A DNA stretch of 64,000 nt from Podarcis gaigeae (Eukaryota): assembly GCA_964106915.2 (NCBI GenBank), contig OZ066918.1. The stretch is one strand, 5' to 3'. Numbering within the stretch: the stretch's first letter is position 1; every line of letters begins with the position of its first letter. The notes beneath the pieces were generated by a model. It saw only the letters and a program-made list of their open reading frames with translations, made no database searches and was not told the origin of the DNA. The translations under genes and the position numbers were made by a program. Below are positions 26,269-37,739 of this stretch, one piece after another.

Positions 26269-26634
26269 CATTCATTTGCAGAAAAGCCTCCTCAGTGCTC
26301 CCTCCCCATTTCCAGCCCACTGGGAGAATGAAGCAGCCAGCTAAACTTGTTCCATTTCTCTGGGCACTGCCAGACCCTCTCTGCCCCCCACCCTTGGCTC
26401 TCACCTTAGCAGAAGGAAAGGGACCAAAAAGAAAAAAAAGAACTAGCTTAACTCTGTTTGCCCTTCTGGGCAAATGTAATCGAACTAGTTCCATCCTCTC
26501 TCTCTCCCCATCTGCTAGTTCCCAAGAATATCCTTGCACATTAACACACAGCCAGCTTCAAAGCAGATATGTGTGGTATATTCATGTAATCAATTCAAAA
26601 AGGGTACCTCATCACGTTCATGCCTATAATCCCA

Positions 26635-26671
<37 letters not shown>

Positions 26672-27180
26672 TATTATTATTATTATTATTTAAAACCTGC
26701 CCATCTGGCTGGGCTTCCCCAGCCACTCTGGGCAGCTTCCAACAAAATATTAAAATACAGTAATGCATCAAACATTAAAGGTTTCCCTAAACAGGGCTGC
26801 CTTCAGATGTCTTCTAAAAGTCTGGTAGTTGTTCTCTTTGACGTCTGGCAGGAGGGCATTCCACAGGGTGAGCGCCACTACCGAGAAGGCTGGTTCCCTG
26901 TAACTTGGCTTCTCGCAGTGAGGGAACCGCTAGAAGGCCCTCGGCGCTGGACCTCAGTGTCCGGGTAGAACGATGGGGGTGGAGACGGTTCTTCAGATAT
27001 ACTGGACCGTGGCCATTTAGGGCTTTAAAGGTCAGCACCAACACTTTGAATTGTGCTCAGAAACGTACTGGGAGCCAGTGTAGGTCTTTCAAGACCGGTG
27101 TTATGTGGTCTTGGCGGCTGCTCCCAGTCCCCAGTCTAGCTGCCGCATTCTGGATTAGTTGTAGTTTCCGGGTCAACCTT
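26672..27180 (-). mobile_element. L2 LINE 3' fragment (relatively young)
   Basis: Minus ORF LVLTFKALNGHGPVYLKNRL..RTLRSS (L2 ORF2 C-terminus) plus 3' UTR and (AAT)n tail. Confidence 0.88.
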
Positions 27181-28053
27181 CAAAGGTATCTGGCAGTCCG
27201 CTCATCTGTGGTCACTTCTCTCCCCTGGCTCACACTGTATCAGCAGCAGTTCTTTCCCTAGTGCTGGAGCATATCGTAACAAAGAAACTGCCATGGGTGA
27301 ACATGACAAGAAGGTTTCACCCAATTGTAACTCATGGTTCACTGTTGCCCCTCGTTGTGCAGCCGGCACAACCATCCCAGGAAGTAGAAGCAGCTCTTCA
27401 TACCCTTATTTTACCAACTCGTTTTCTTGATATGCGATTAATGTTTCTATTGATGCTATTGCTGCAGCATTATGCTTTAATGGTGTTGTCTGCCATCTTA
27501 TTTTTCTATGAAAGTGCAGTTTAACAAACAAACAAAGAGGCATGAATATCCAGCTGAGCCAGACAGATTTTCCATGGCTGGTGGACTTGGCTTGGAAAGA
27601 GGTGGTGCAAGTCATCCAGCAGCCCTTGTTCCCCCGGCTGGTGACAGAGGCCAGAGTGTGCTTCCCTTCAGCTCTGTAGTCCCAGGGCAACTGGCAGCTG
27701 GAGCAGAGTCTACTTCCTGGCAGGGAAGAGAACTTCCTGCAGCTGCTCCTTCTTAGGCAGATGGATGGAGCCAGGCTGGTCTTCCCCTACCTGTGATGCA
27801 AGGAGCAGAGAGAGACCAGCAGGCAGTTCCTGTGGAAATCAAGGTTATGTGTCATATTATGAGACAGCATCCAATGTCAGGTGCAAAAATATTTGGCGAA
27901 TTGGCCAGTGCCAAGAGCAAGGAAGGACAGGGGTGCTTTGTCCTACATTGTACCAGCTGGCACATAAGGTGGTGGCATTGAAACTAGGAAGAGCATCATG
28001 TCAGCCTCAGCCACTACACAAGCTCTGTCACTAATTACAGATTAAACAATATA

Positions 28054-28179
28054 AAAGTGAGCATGCACACGAAAGCTCATACCAATAACAAACTTAGTTG
28101 GTCTATAAGGTGCTACTGGAAGGATTTTTGTTTTGTTTTGTTTCAACTATGGCAGACCAACACGGCTACCTACCTGTAA
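28054..28179 (+). mobile_element. Penelope-like element terminal-repeat fragment
   Basis: aagtgagcatgcacacgaaagctcatacc..aacttagttggtctataaggtgctactgg..cagaccaacacggctacctacctg, recognised as the reptile Penelope terminal repeat; possible TSD AATATAAA. Confidence 0.7.
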
Positions 28180-29754
28180 ATATAAAGATGGTGAGTCTAG
28201 AAGCAGTAAGCAGCCAGATGACTTTGATCTATTGAAAGAAAGACAGCCAAGTGGTTTGAAAGGGCAAGCACATTTGTTCAGGTAATCAACAGAAAACATC
28301 GTGCTGGATTTACTTATTTCTCTTTCCTAAGAAAGGCAGGAGGGGCCAAGTCTAATCTGTCAAGTGTCCCAGATGATGTTGCCATTACTTTTTCCTATCC
28401 TTTCTTTCATTTTAATGGCAGGACCTGCATTGACTACTGTAATTAGTTTGATTATATATTGCTTTATGGAAATAAATGGAAACACTGTTAACATAGAAGA
28501 GTATATAACATAGGAGGGCACACCATAATCTTGATCTAGGCACATATTCACCAAAATATCTAGGAATATTGCTTATGAGGTCCCTTTAGATGTTTGAAAA
28601 GGGGGTCTCTGTAGACTGCTTTTCTCACTCCATAATTGATCAAGTAAACTTTATAAATCAGCTCTGGGTTTGTCAGATTATTGGTTCCCTGGGTCAATAC
28701 ATAACTTTTTAAAAAGAGAAACAGTTATTCTCTGTTGCCAGCAATGGAGAGAAATGTCCTGCATACATACATCTATACTTTGTACCTTAGTCTTAAATAA
28801 TAAGAGCAATTTAAAGAGCATACATTCCATTAAGTCCTTGAGCCCTGTTGGGATTCTCTCTATCTGGCAGAAGACTGGATCTCGGATATGGAGACATCAT
28901 GTAGAGAGGCAAAATTTTGTAAGAACATTCATAATGATGTCCCTAGATTGCTCCTGCTGTGGAAATGCTACCTCTTCATCTCATTACTGTTTGGTACCAC
29001 AATGGTATCGTGATGGGCTCAGAGAAATTAACAAGAACCAGGTGTGGAGGCTCTAAAATGGCTGCAAGCCTGTTGAAATGCTTAACAGTTCTGTGGCTTT
29101 AACTAATGTCCTTTGCAGGCCTTTCTGGAAATTCTCCTTATCAAAATACACCAGCAATACTGATCAGATGTGGAAAATAACAAGACAAACAGCACTGTGG
29201 GTGTTTTCTGACCTATGCAGACAACAGATTGAAGAAGCCCCAGAGGTTGCCCCTGCTCCGTTTGGAAAAGACAGTCATAAATCCCACCCTCAGCCTCATC
29301 ACTGTTTGCAGTATGGAGCACAGGAAGTCCATCTAGGCAATATTGCCATTGTGCTGTAGCTTCTTCCCCTTTGCAGTCCCATGACTGAGTGACCTAACAT
29401 TAAGGATATGTATACACCACATCTTCAAAGCACATTATTTTCCCTCAAAGAATTTGGGGCACTGTAGTTCGTTCAGGGTTACTGGGAATGGTAACTCTGT
29501 GAGGGATAAACCACATTGTCCAGAATTCATTGAGTGAAAGAATATGCTTTTAATGTGCTTTGAAAGGTACACAGCCTCCTTTCTGATATCATCAAACTCT
29601 CTTCCATCTCAGCATGGAGGTCCCATGGCTGAATTGTTACAACTTGTGCATCAAATGGGTGTCAAAGCAGAGAACACCAACCATCTATTAGGTGGACACA
29701 CTGCTGCACATTGGGAAATCTTTGGATCAGGGCCACTCACTTGTAGGTTTAGCA

Positions 29755-30003
29755 CAGGGGTCAGCAAACTTTTTCAGCAGGGGGCCAGTCCACTGTCCCT
29801 CAGACCTTTTGGGGGGGCAGACTATATTTTGGAAAAAATAATGAATGAATTCCTAGGCCCCACAAATAACCCAGAGATGCATTTTAAATAAAGGACACAT
29901 TCTACTCATGTAAAAACACGCTGATTCCTGGACCACCTGCGGGCCAGATTGAGAAGGCGACTGGGCCGGATCCAGCCCCCAGGCCTCAGTTTGCCTACCT
30001 ATG
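29755..30003. mobile_element. hAT (Charlie-like) MITE, 249 bp
   Basis: Perfect 8-bp TSD GTTTAGCA (29747-29754, 30004-30011); TIRs CAGGGGTCAGCAAACT / AGTTTGCCTACCTATG. Confidence 0.88.
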
Positions 30004-30748
30004 GTTTAGCACTTTACCTTTAGCACTGCCAAATACTGTCCTCCACTGCCACAATACAGATAATATTACCTCTTTCCACCATACAGTAATAAGCCTTGTC
30101 TGCTTTAAGAATGTTCCATACGGTGGAACAAAGCAGCTGAAAACAGAATTCCCCCTATTAAATGTCTCAGTTTACAAGGATACTCCAAAACATCTCAGCT
30201 GCATTATTTAGTGTTATGGCTCTTGTAAGAGTTTAAGTTTAAAGCAGCCAGCTGTTTATTTTATGTATTCATTGATTAATCAATAAGAGCATTCCTTGTT
30301 GGAAGTTGCTTAAGGTTACTTTCCTGCACATTTTAACAGCAAGATGGCATCCTCCACATATACTACATAGAAGAATGCTAATCCCACTTTCCAAGGCTGC
30401 CCACTTGCCTTTTCAGAGGAGTAATCTAAAAAGGACCAGACCATCTCCAATACGTTCTCCTTGGCTGAGCCTATAATTCCACATCAAATGGCACTGAGCA
30501 CACTTAGTAGTCATGGGATATGAGGACAGGGCCTCTTAAGGATTAGTAACTGGTTAAGCAACAAGAAACAGAGGGTTTTAGTAAATGGACAGTTCTCACA
30601 ATGGGAAACTCCTGAGAGACCTTCCAAAGACTTGTATATATTTGATTAACCAATGGTATTTAATTACTCATAATGATCACAACTTGGGGTGAACAGCAAA
30701 GTGATCAAATTGTGGATTGAATAGCGTTTTTCAGGATGGTATTACTTA

Positions 30749-31289
30749 CTGTATTTTTTCGTGTATAAGACACCCCCATGTATAAGAAGCCACCTATTTT
30801 GGGGGACTCTAAATTAAGAAAGGACACAGGTAGCGCTGTGGGTAAAAGCCTCAGCGCCTAGGGCTTGCCGATCGAAAGGTCGGTGGTTCGAATCCCTGCG
30901 GCGGGGTGCGCTCCCGCTGCTCGGTCCCAGCGCCTGCCAACCTAGCAGTTCGAAAGCACCCCTGGGTGCAAGTAGATAAATAGGGACCGCTTACCAGCGG
31001 GAAGGTAAATGGCGTTTCCGTGTGTGGCTCTGGCTCTGGCCAGAGCAGCGATGTCACGCTGGCCACGTGACCCGGAAGTGTCTCCGGACAGCGCTGGCCC
31101 CCGGCCTCTTGAGTGAGATGGGCGCACCAACCCCAGAGTCTGGCAAGACTGGCCCGTACGGGCAGGGGTACCTTTACCTTTTAAATTAAGAAAACACCCC
31201 TCAGCACTACCCGTGTATAAGATGAGCCCCAATTTTAACCCTATTTTTTTTGTTAAAAACACACAAATCTTTTACACAGAAAAATACAG
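30749..31289. mobile_element. Tc1/mariner-pogo-type MITE hosting a Sauria SINE
   Basis: TIRs CTGTATTTTTTCGTGTATAAGA / TCTTTTACACAGAAAAATACAG with TA on the left; TIR family related to 8938-9763. Confidence 0.78.
30822..31181 (+). mobile_element. Sauria SINE, full length, young subfamily
   Basis: 12-bp TSD TAAATTAAGAAA (30810-30821, 31182-31193); B box GGTTCGAATCC; CpGs retained. Confidence 0.95.
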
Positions 31290-32256
31290 TGTTATTTTGT
31301 TATATTTATCAGTCATCTTGCCTGAAGAGCTTCTACGTAGGTCATGTACAGTACAATAGAAAGCAAATAGTAAAACATAGCAAAATACCAGCCAAATAAT
31401 GCAGCCAACCAACAAGAGAAAACAAGTATCAACGTTGACACCATCATATAAAGATGAAAACTCCAAATACTAGGAAGTTTGAGGTGTTAGAATAACATTA
31501 ACGTATTAAAAGACTCAAGCACAATGTGAAGAGCCTCATAAGGACCTCTCCAAACTGATTGAATGGCAACAAAATGGGAAATTTGCTTCAGTCTAAGTAA
31601 ATCTAATGTGATACACAGGGGGGGGGGGCATCCCAACTTCACATATACACTAATGAGGTCTAAATCGGCAGTAATGAAGTAAAGAAGAGAACCTGGGGCC
31701 ATGACTGACTGAAAATATCAGCTCAGCAGTGGTGGGTAAAAAGACTAATTCTGTGTAGGATGGCTAGGAAAGGTACTGAAAATAAGATTACCAGTATAGT
31801 ATAATATAAATGAATGTTTTGGCCACATCCGGACCATTTTGCATTCCTCATCACTTCATCTCAAGAAGGATATTGTACAACTTCAAAGGGTACAGAAAAT
31901 AGCAACCGAAAGAATTTAAGGACTGGATGACCCACCTTACAAGGAAGGTTTCAAGTATTGGGGACTTTTCAATTTAGAGAAAAGGTTATTAAAAACTGGG
32001 GAGGGGTATGATACAGTTTTATCAAATGATGGGGTGAAGAAAGTGGGGAAAACTTTCCCCCTCCCCTAATTTCTTTTCTTGCATATTTTAATAATGTGTT
32101 CTTATCTATATCGTTGTGGAATTGGTTTTACACTTGTAAACTACTTAGAAGTCCTTTGGCAATTATGTAGTATATAAATTAAGAAATCAATAATACTAGA
32201 ATTCTTCAATGAAATTGATTGGTGGGAGATTCAGCACAGACAAAAATCACAACATA

Positions 32257-32490
32257 AAGTGGTACCTTGGGTTACATACGCTTCAGGTTACATACACTTC
32301 AGGTTACACCCTCCGCTAATAGTGCTTCAGGTTAAGAACTTTGCTTCAGGATAAGAACAGAAATCGGGCTCCGGCGGCGCAGCAGCAGCAGGAGGCCCCA
32401 TTAGCTAAAGTGGTGCTTCAGGTTAAGAACAGTTTCAGGTTAAGAACGGACCTCCGGAACGAATTAAGTACTTAACCCGAGGTACCACTG
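32257..32490. mobile_element. Tc1/mariner (Tigger-like) MITE
   Basis: TIRs (C/A)AGTGGTACCTTGGGTTA / TAACCCGAGGTACCACTG flanked by TA; second copy at 47023. Confidence 0.88.
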
Positions 32491-34751
32491 TAATGTATAA
32501 TTAAAGGAATTTGCTACCACAGGACGTAGTGGTGACCCTTTCATTGGCTTTAAAGGGAACAAGGCTATCAATGGCTATTTGCATGCAGTCAAAAGGATCT
32601 AGGATCAACCAAGTGTGAGTTGAACATACCCACAACATAACTGATGACAGAACACCCCCAGTTTGTGCAATATAGATCAAGGATTGGGCAGCCCATTTGC
32701 TGGCTGGGAAAACCAATGAAGTTGGCATGCTGGTCAGTTTCACTGTGGTGCAGGCCAGGCATGATGGTCCTCAAGTAATCTGGGACCATGGTTTCCAGCT
32801 CACCTCACCCGCCCCCTGTTTTGCAGTGCCACTCTGTGACTCTTTATGGGCATCCCTCATAGGCAATAGATCCTGCCCAATGCCCTCACTCATCAATGGA
32901 AAACTTATGAGAGATTGATATAGTCAATGAACAGATACACTCACAGCCTTGCTATGAAGAAAGGCAGGGGGAGCTCACCAGCCAACTGAGGCCATGAAAA
33001 GAATGCCATCTTGGATCTGCTAACTAGCAACCAATGCTGTTCATAGTAAGGATTCAGAGTGAGTAAGCTGGCAACACTGAATGCATTGCAGCACCCACAG
33101 TGAAGGCCAGTCCTCAGAGAATGAGTGCAGAAACAGGCTTCCCCATAGGCCCCTCCCAAAGAGCCAACTAGGACCACCTATTGGCTCCTGAAAGGGCCAG
33201 GTCTGGTCTGAGCTACAGCTTGAAGGTGGCCCACCCAGACTCAGCTAGCTGCCTCCTGCCCCCTCCGAGCTGGGGTGCAAATGTGGACCACTGTGGAGAG
33301 GCTGTGAGCTGGTTGTAGTCCTGATGGCTTTTATGGAGGCTACAATTACAGAAGCAGTATTGTGGCTGAAAACCAGTTATTGAGGTCAAAGCTATAGGAG
33401 AGTTTCTGCCTTCATGTCTTTATGGTGGAATCTGCTTGGTCATGATGAGCTACAGAATGTTATACTAGATGGACCCATATTCTGATTCAGAAGGGCTCTT
33501 CTCATGTCCTTATACAAAAATGTTATTGTTGTGGCACATACGTTCCCATCTTTATGCCAACTTTCATCAGCTTTGGATGTTTTGGACTACAATTCCAGAA
33601 CATCTAGAGGGCACAAGGTTGCAGAAGGCTGTTTTCTGCATACGGTGAGGCAGATCTGATTCTATGCAGTGGGAAACACACACAAAAACTGGCAAAGGGC
33701 CATAATCCCCTTCTGAAGAAAATCTTGTTTTGTGGTTGGTCTCAAGCTGCCTGACATACAAGTTATAGCAGAATATTGCTGTGAAATCATCTAGCCCCCC
33801 AAATACAGTGAATATTGTAAAGTATTTGCACATAGGGACTTATTTTTGAGAGAAAATGGTACCATACTACACCTTGATGAAATTAAGCAGCATCTAAACT
33901 AGTAAATTGTTTTCATCCAGATCAGCAGATCACATAATAGAAAACTGATCCATAAATAAAGCCTATGATCTTTTATACCTGGAGATGGGCAAATGAACAG
34001 AAAAAAATGAGGACAGAATCCAACCCGTGCCAAAGATTAGAGTGGTGGGTATGACTGTATTTTCCATTCCTGGGAGAACTCAACTCAAAGCTCAATCCAT
34101 TCAAGCACCTGGGTTTCGTTTCATAATAGCCTCTGTTCCTTGTTCCTTATTATCAGAGCCAACTATGTTCAAGCTAAGGCAGATCTTGTTCCTAAATTTA
34201 TGTCTCTGTGTGTGACCACTACAATATGTGTTTTGTATGCTTTCTCCTGAAAGCCTAATATAGTGACACTGGTGACACAGCTTGGACTCTTCCTTTCATG
34301 TATATTACCAACTTGAACTGCAACCTGCTGGCAGATTTTTCTTAAACTCTAAAATGAGGGTCTAACCTTCTCTTCTTCTTCTTTTTCTTCTCTGTTACCT
34401 ATAATCTTGATTTGACTCACACAAAAGCGACACAGTGGGAAATCCACTCAAGAGGACTTTGACAACGAACAATGGAAGCCTACCTACATGGAAGCTGACT
34501 GGTGGCGTTTATAGTGAGGAAATGTATTAAAGTTTAAAGATGTCATGTATGTTAACTGACTGGTGTTGCTGGTCAAAGGAAGGATGCTTAGAGTCACATC
34601 AGCTAAAGTGCAAATATGCTTGCGTATAGAGCACACAGGACAGCAACAAGAGGAGGAGGAGGAGAGGAGGGTCGGTTTAAAATTGTAAAAACAAAGACAT
34701 AGGATAACACCTAAGTGATTCTATGCCTGATCAATGAGAATGCCAGAAATG

Positions 34752-35954
34752 GTCCCCTCTGGAAGCCAAGGCCCGAAAAAGACCCAATATGGAGGCCAAA
34801 TGGCCAAAATATTGGGAAATATTAGAAAAAGATGGTGACAATTGGAAATTGCAGAGTTTGAAGAAAATGGAGGGTAAAGTGCGAGACTGGTTACATTATG
34901 CCCAGATTAAAGAAGTTTTTAAAAATGACAAAAAACTAGGGTTCCAGGTGGAGAAATCAAAGTTAGAGACAGAATTGTTAGAACCAAAGACTAAGGTACT
35001 ATCAAGAATGTATAACTTGCTGTTAAAATGGAACACACAAGACGAAATGGTTAAATCTGCTATGATAAAGTGGGCACAGGATATTGGGCATAACATCATG
35101 TTTGAGGACTGGGAAAGGTTGTGGACCACAGGGCTGAACTTCACTGCATGTAATGCTTTGAAGGAAAATGTAATGAAAATGATATATAGATGGTACATGA
35201 CCCCAGTTAAACTTGCCAAAATATACCATTCGTCTGATAATAAATGTTGGAAATGTAAGGAAAATGAAGGAACATTCTTTCACCTCTGGTGGACCTGCCC
35301 TAAAGTGAAGGCCTTCTGGGAAATGATATATAATGAGTTGAAAAAGGTATTTAAGTATACCTTCACTAAGAAACCAGAGGCCTTCCTCCTGGGTATTGTC
35401 GGCCAGAAGGTGTTAAAGAAGGACCGAACATTTTTTATGTACGCAACAACAGCAGCAAGGATACTCATTGCCAAGAATTGGAAGACTCAAGATCTACCCA
35501 CACTGGAAGAATGGCAGATGCAGCTGATAGACTATATGCAATTGGCAGAGATGACCGGCAGAATCCGGGACCTGGGAGAAGAAAGGATTGAAGAAGACTG
35601 GAAGAAATTTAAAATTTATTTACAAAAATATTGTAATTTGATTGAATGTTAAGAAGGATGCTTGATCATAAATAACTGGCCATCACTAAACTAGATTGGA
35701 ATTTGATGATAAGTGAGATTAAGGAAAAGAAAAACCCTTTGGGAGAACTATTAGATTATATTTAAATGAGTGGATATAAGATTGTAAACAAGATGATAAT
35801 TTGCTTGGAAAAAATTTCTTAACACTGTAAGTGGGAGCAGGAGACGTGAGGAAGTCTAAACAAGTTATGAAACTTTGTTATGATATAAGCAATGTTGTTT
35901 GTTACCTATGCTTTTCTTTTACAAAAATCTTAATAAATATTTATTTTAAAAAAA
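34752..35954 (+). mobile_element. Young 5'-truncated L1-clade LINE with intact ORF2 C-terminus (ORF 34789-35652)
   Basis: 287-aa open frame with CCHC knuckle CWKCKENEGTFFHLWWTC; 3' UTR with AATAAA and a short A tail; 16-bp TSD GAGAATGC(C/T)AGAAATG at 34736-34751 and 35955-35970. Confidence 0.9.
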
Positions 35955-36759
35955 GAGAATGCTAGAAATGATCGATAGTATGGTGGAGCAGGGTGGAGAC
36001 TAATGAAAAAGAGTTGTGTTGCTAACAATGTGAGCACTCCCAAATTCCACCTCATAATGAACTCGCAGAATGGCCCTAGGCAAAATGTTGCAAGATGGAA
36101 ATAATAATATTGACTGTTACAGGGTATTTTTGACCACTTGAAAAGTAATGTAATGTTTGTTAGGAAATAACTGGGGAATACATGTGTGGGAAATACAGAA
36201 GAAAAATGTCTGACTGCCTGAATTCAAAAAGTGTGAGGGGCTTGACTCACTCTCTAGCCAAAAGGGCCCCTGGCGGAGTTTAAAACAGAAATACGTGCAG
36301 CATTTGTAAAGCATGGGAAATACAGCTTTAAATGTCCCAGCATTAAGCACTCACAATTGTGCTCCCCCGCCTCTACCCCTCTCAGAGTGAATAAATTACA
36401 ACCTAAAGTAAGTTTAAATGCTTTACTTACAGTAATCAAAGTTCTTACTCGTGCCTCGTTCAAGGCTATAGCAGAAACAACACAGGCAAGGTGTTCTTGG
36501 TTACAAAATACAAAAGTTAGTCTCACACATGCAGTCAGAGTCTGGAAGCCCATCCACAGATGTCAGCTGCATGGTTCAAAGAGAAGAGAGCAGAAAAGAA
36601 CAGGAAGAGGAAATTTTTCTTCCTTCCTCTCTGCAGCTGAGGGATCTTGACCTTCTACCCCATCACAACAACATCAAGGTAAGCTGCAGCAGTCTCTGTG
36701 CCAGGAGGGTGGCTCCACCCCATCGCACACATCGCTACTGTCAAGGCAGAGCTTCATTT

Positions 36760-36975
36760 ATTACAGTTTTTAATCCTGTCACTCCTCTAAGAAGCTCAAG
36801 GCAGTATATATTGTGCCCTTCCATTTTATTCTCATAACAACTATAGGCTGTAGGTTGAATGGAGAGGTTCACCCAAGGACACCCACTGAGCTTCACAGCT
36901 GAGTAGGGAAGTGAACCCAGTTTCCTCCAGGATGTATCTAACAGCAAGCCCAGTAGGACCAGCACTCAGCCACAA
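36760..36975 (-). mobile_element. Old MIR/CORE-like SINE fragment
   Basis: ccattttattctcataacaac..cacccaaggacacccactgagcttcacagctgagtagggaagtgaaccc resembles the reverse complement of squamate MIR-like SINEs. Confidence 0.5.
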
Positions 36976-37688
36976 ACTTGTTTTTCATGCTAGGGCTCAG
37001 CCCAGGCACAGGTACGGTGTCAATGTGTGCCAACTGCTTTTCGTCTCACTATGCCAAGTACCAAAACATCTAGGATGTGGCGGTGGTTGGGTTAGTGGCC
37101 AATGGCCAAGGATTTTAACATAGGCCAGAACTTGTGCAATCCTTGCAAAATTAACCGTTCTCCATTTCAATTGCAATTTTTTAAGAACCTGGAGATTTTA
37201 CCACCTACACTTACCACAGAAAGCCTCTGAGAAGGAAAATAAATTCCACTGACATCCCTTAAAAAAAATAAAATCCAAGCCCAAATTGTTTTTACTACCT
37301 CCATCCAGCCTTGAGTCAGTATAATTTCATCCTGCTGCCAATCTGTCTGGCTGCAGAGAAAAGCTTTCCAAATGGGCTCGGACGTGAAGGGAGTGCATGG
37401 CTTTACTTACTTTGTTTAAAGAGCAACCTGGCTCAAAGAAAGGCAAAGGCAAGATTAGCACCTGCACACTTGTACAGGTGCACAATGATGCTGCAGAGGA
37501 GCTGCACCATTGATGCAATTCCAAATGATCTCATTCATCTGATTCCCAAAAGGGAAAGCATGCCTAAATCACTCCCCTATAGCCATTTTGAAAACTATTT
37601 TTAGTGGCATATAAATATTTGAAATCACTACAGACTTCTGGATTGGATGGCCCAAGCAGTTCTCTCTGGCCACTGCTGTTCTGCAACT

Positions 37689-37689
<1 letters not shown>

Positions 37690-37737
<48 letters not shown>
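37690..37737. repeat. (GT)n microsatellite
   Basis: Direct read. Confidence 0.97.

Positions 37738-37739
<2 letters not shown>

Larger units (their letters stand above)
30495..33512 (+). mobile_element. Old CR1 LINE (RT to 3' end) fragmented by several nested insertions
   Basis: RT motifs LSSHGI..ISNWLSNKKQRVLVNGQFSQW (~30500-30605), DLSKL..W (~31545), HLKKDIVQLQRVQKIAT (~31857-31910), LGLFNLEKR (~31960), and CR1 3' UTR ending ctcttctcatgtcctta at 33512. Confidence 0.8.

Noticed and set aside
30822-30900. tRNA-like A/B boxes (also at 17025 and 46441)
   Set aside because: SINE heads, not tRNA genes; they continue into the SINE body and tail.
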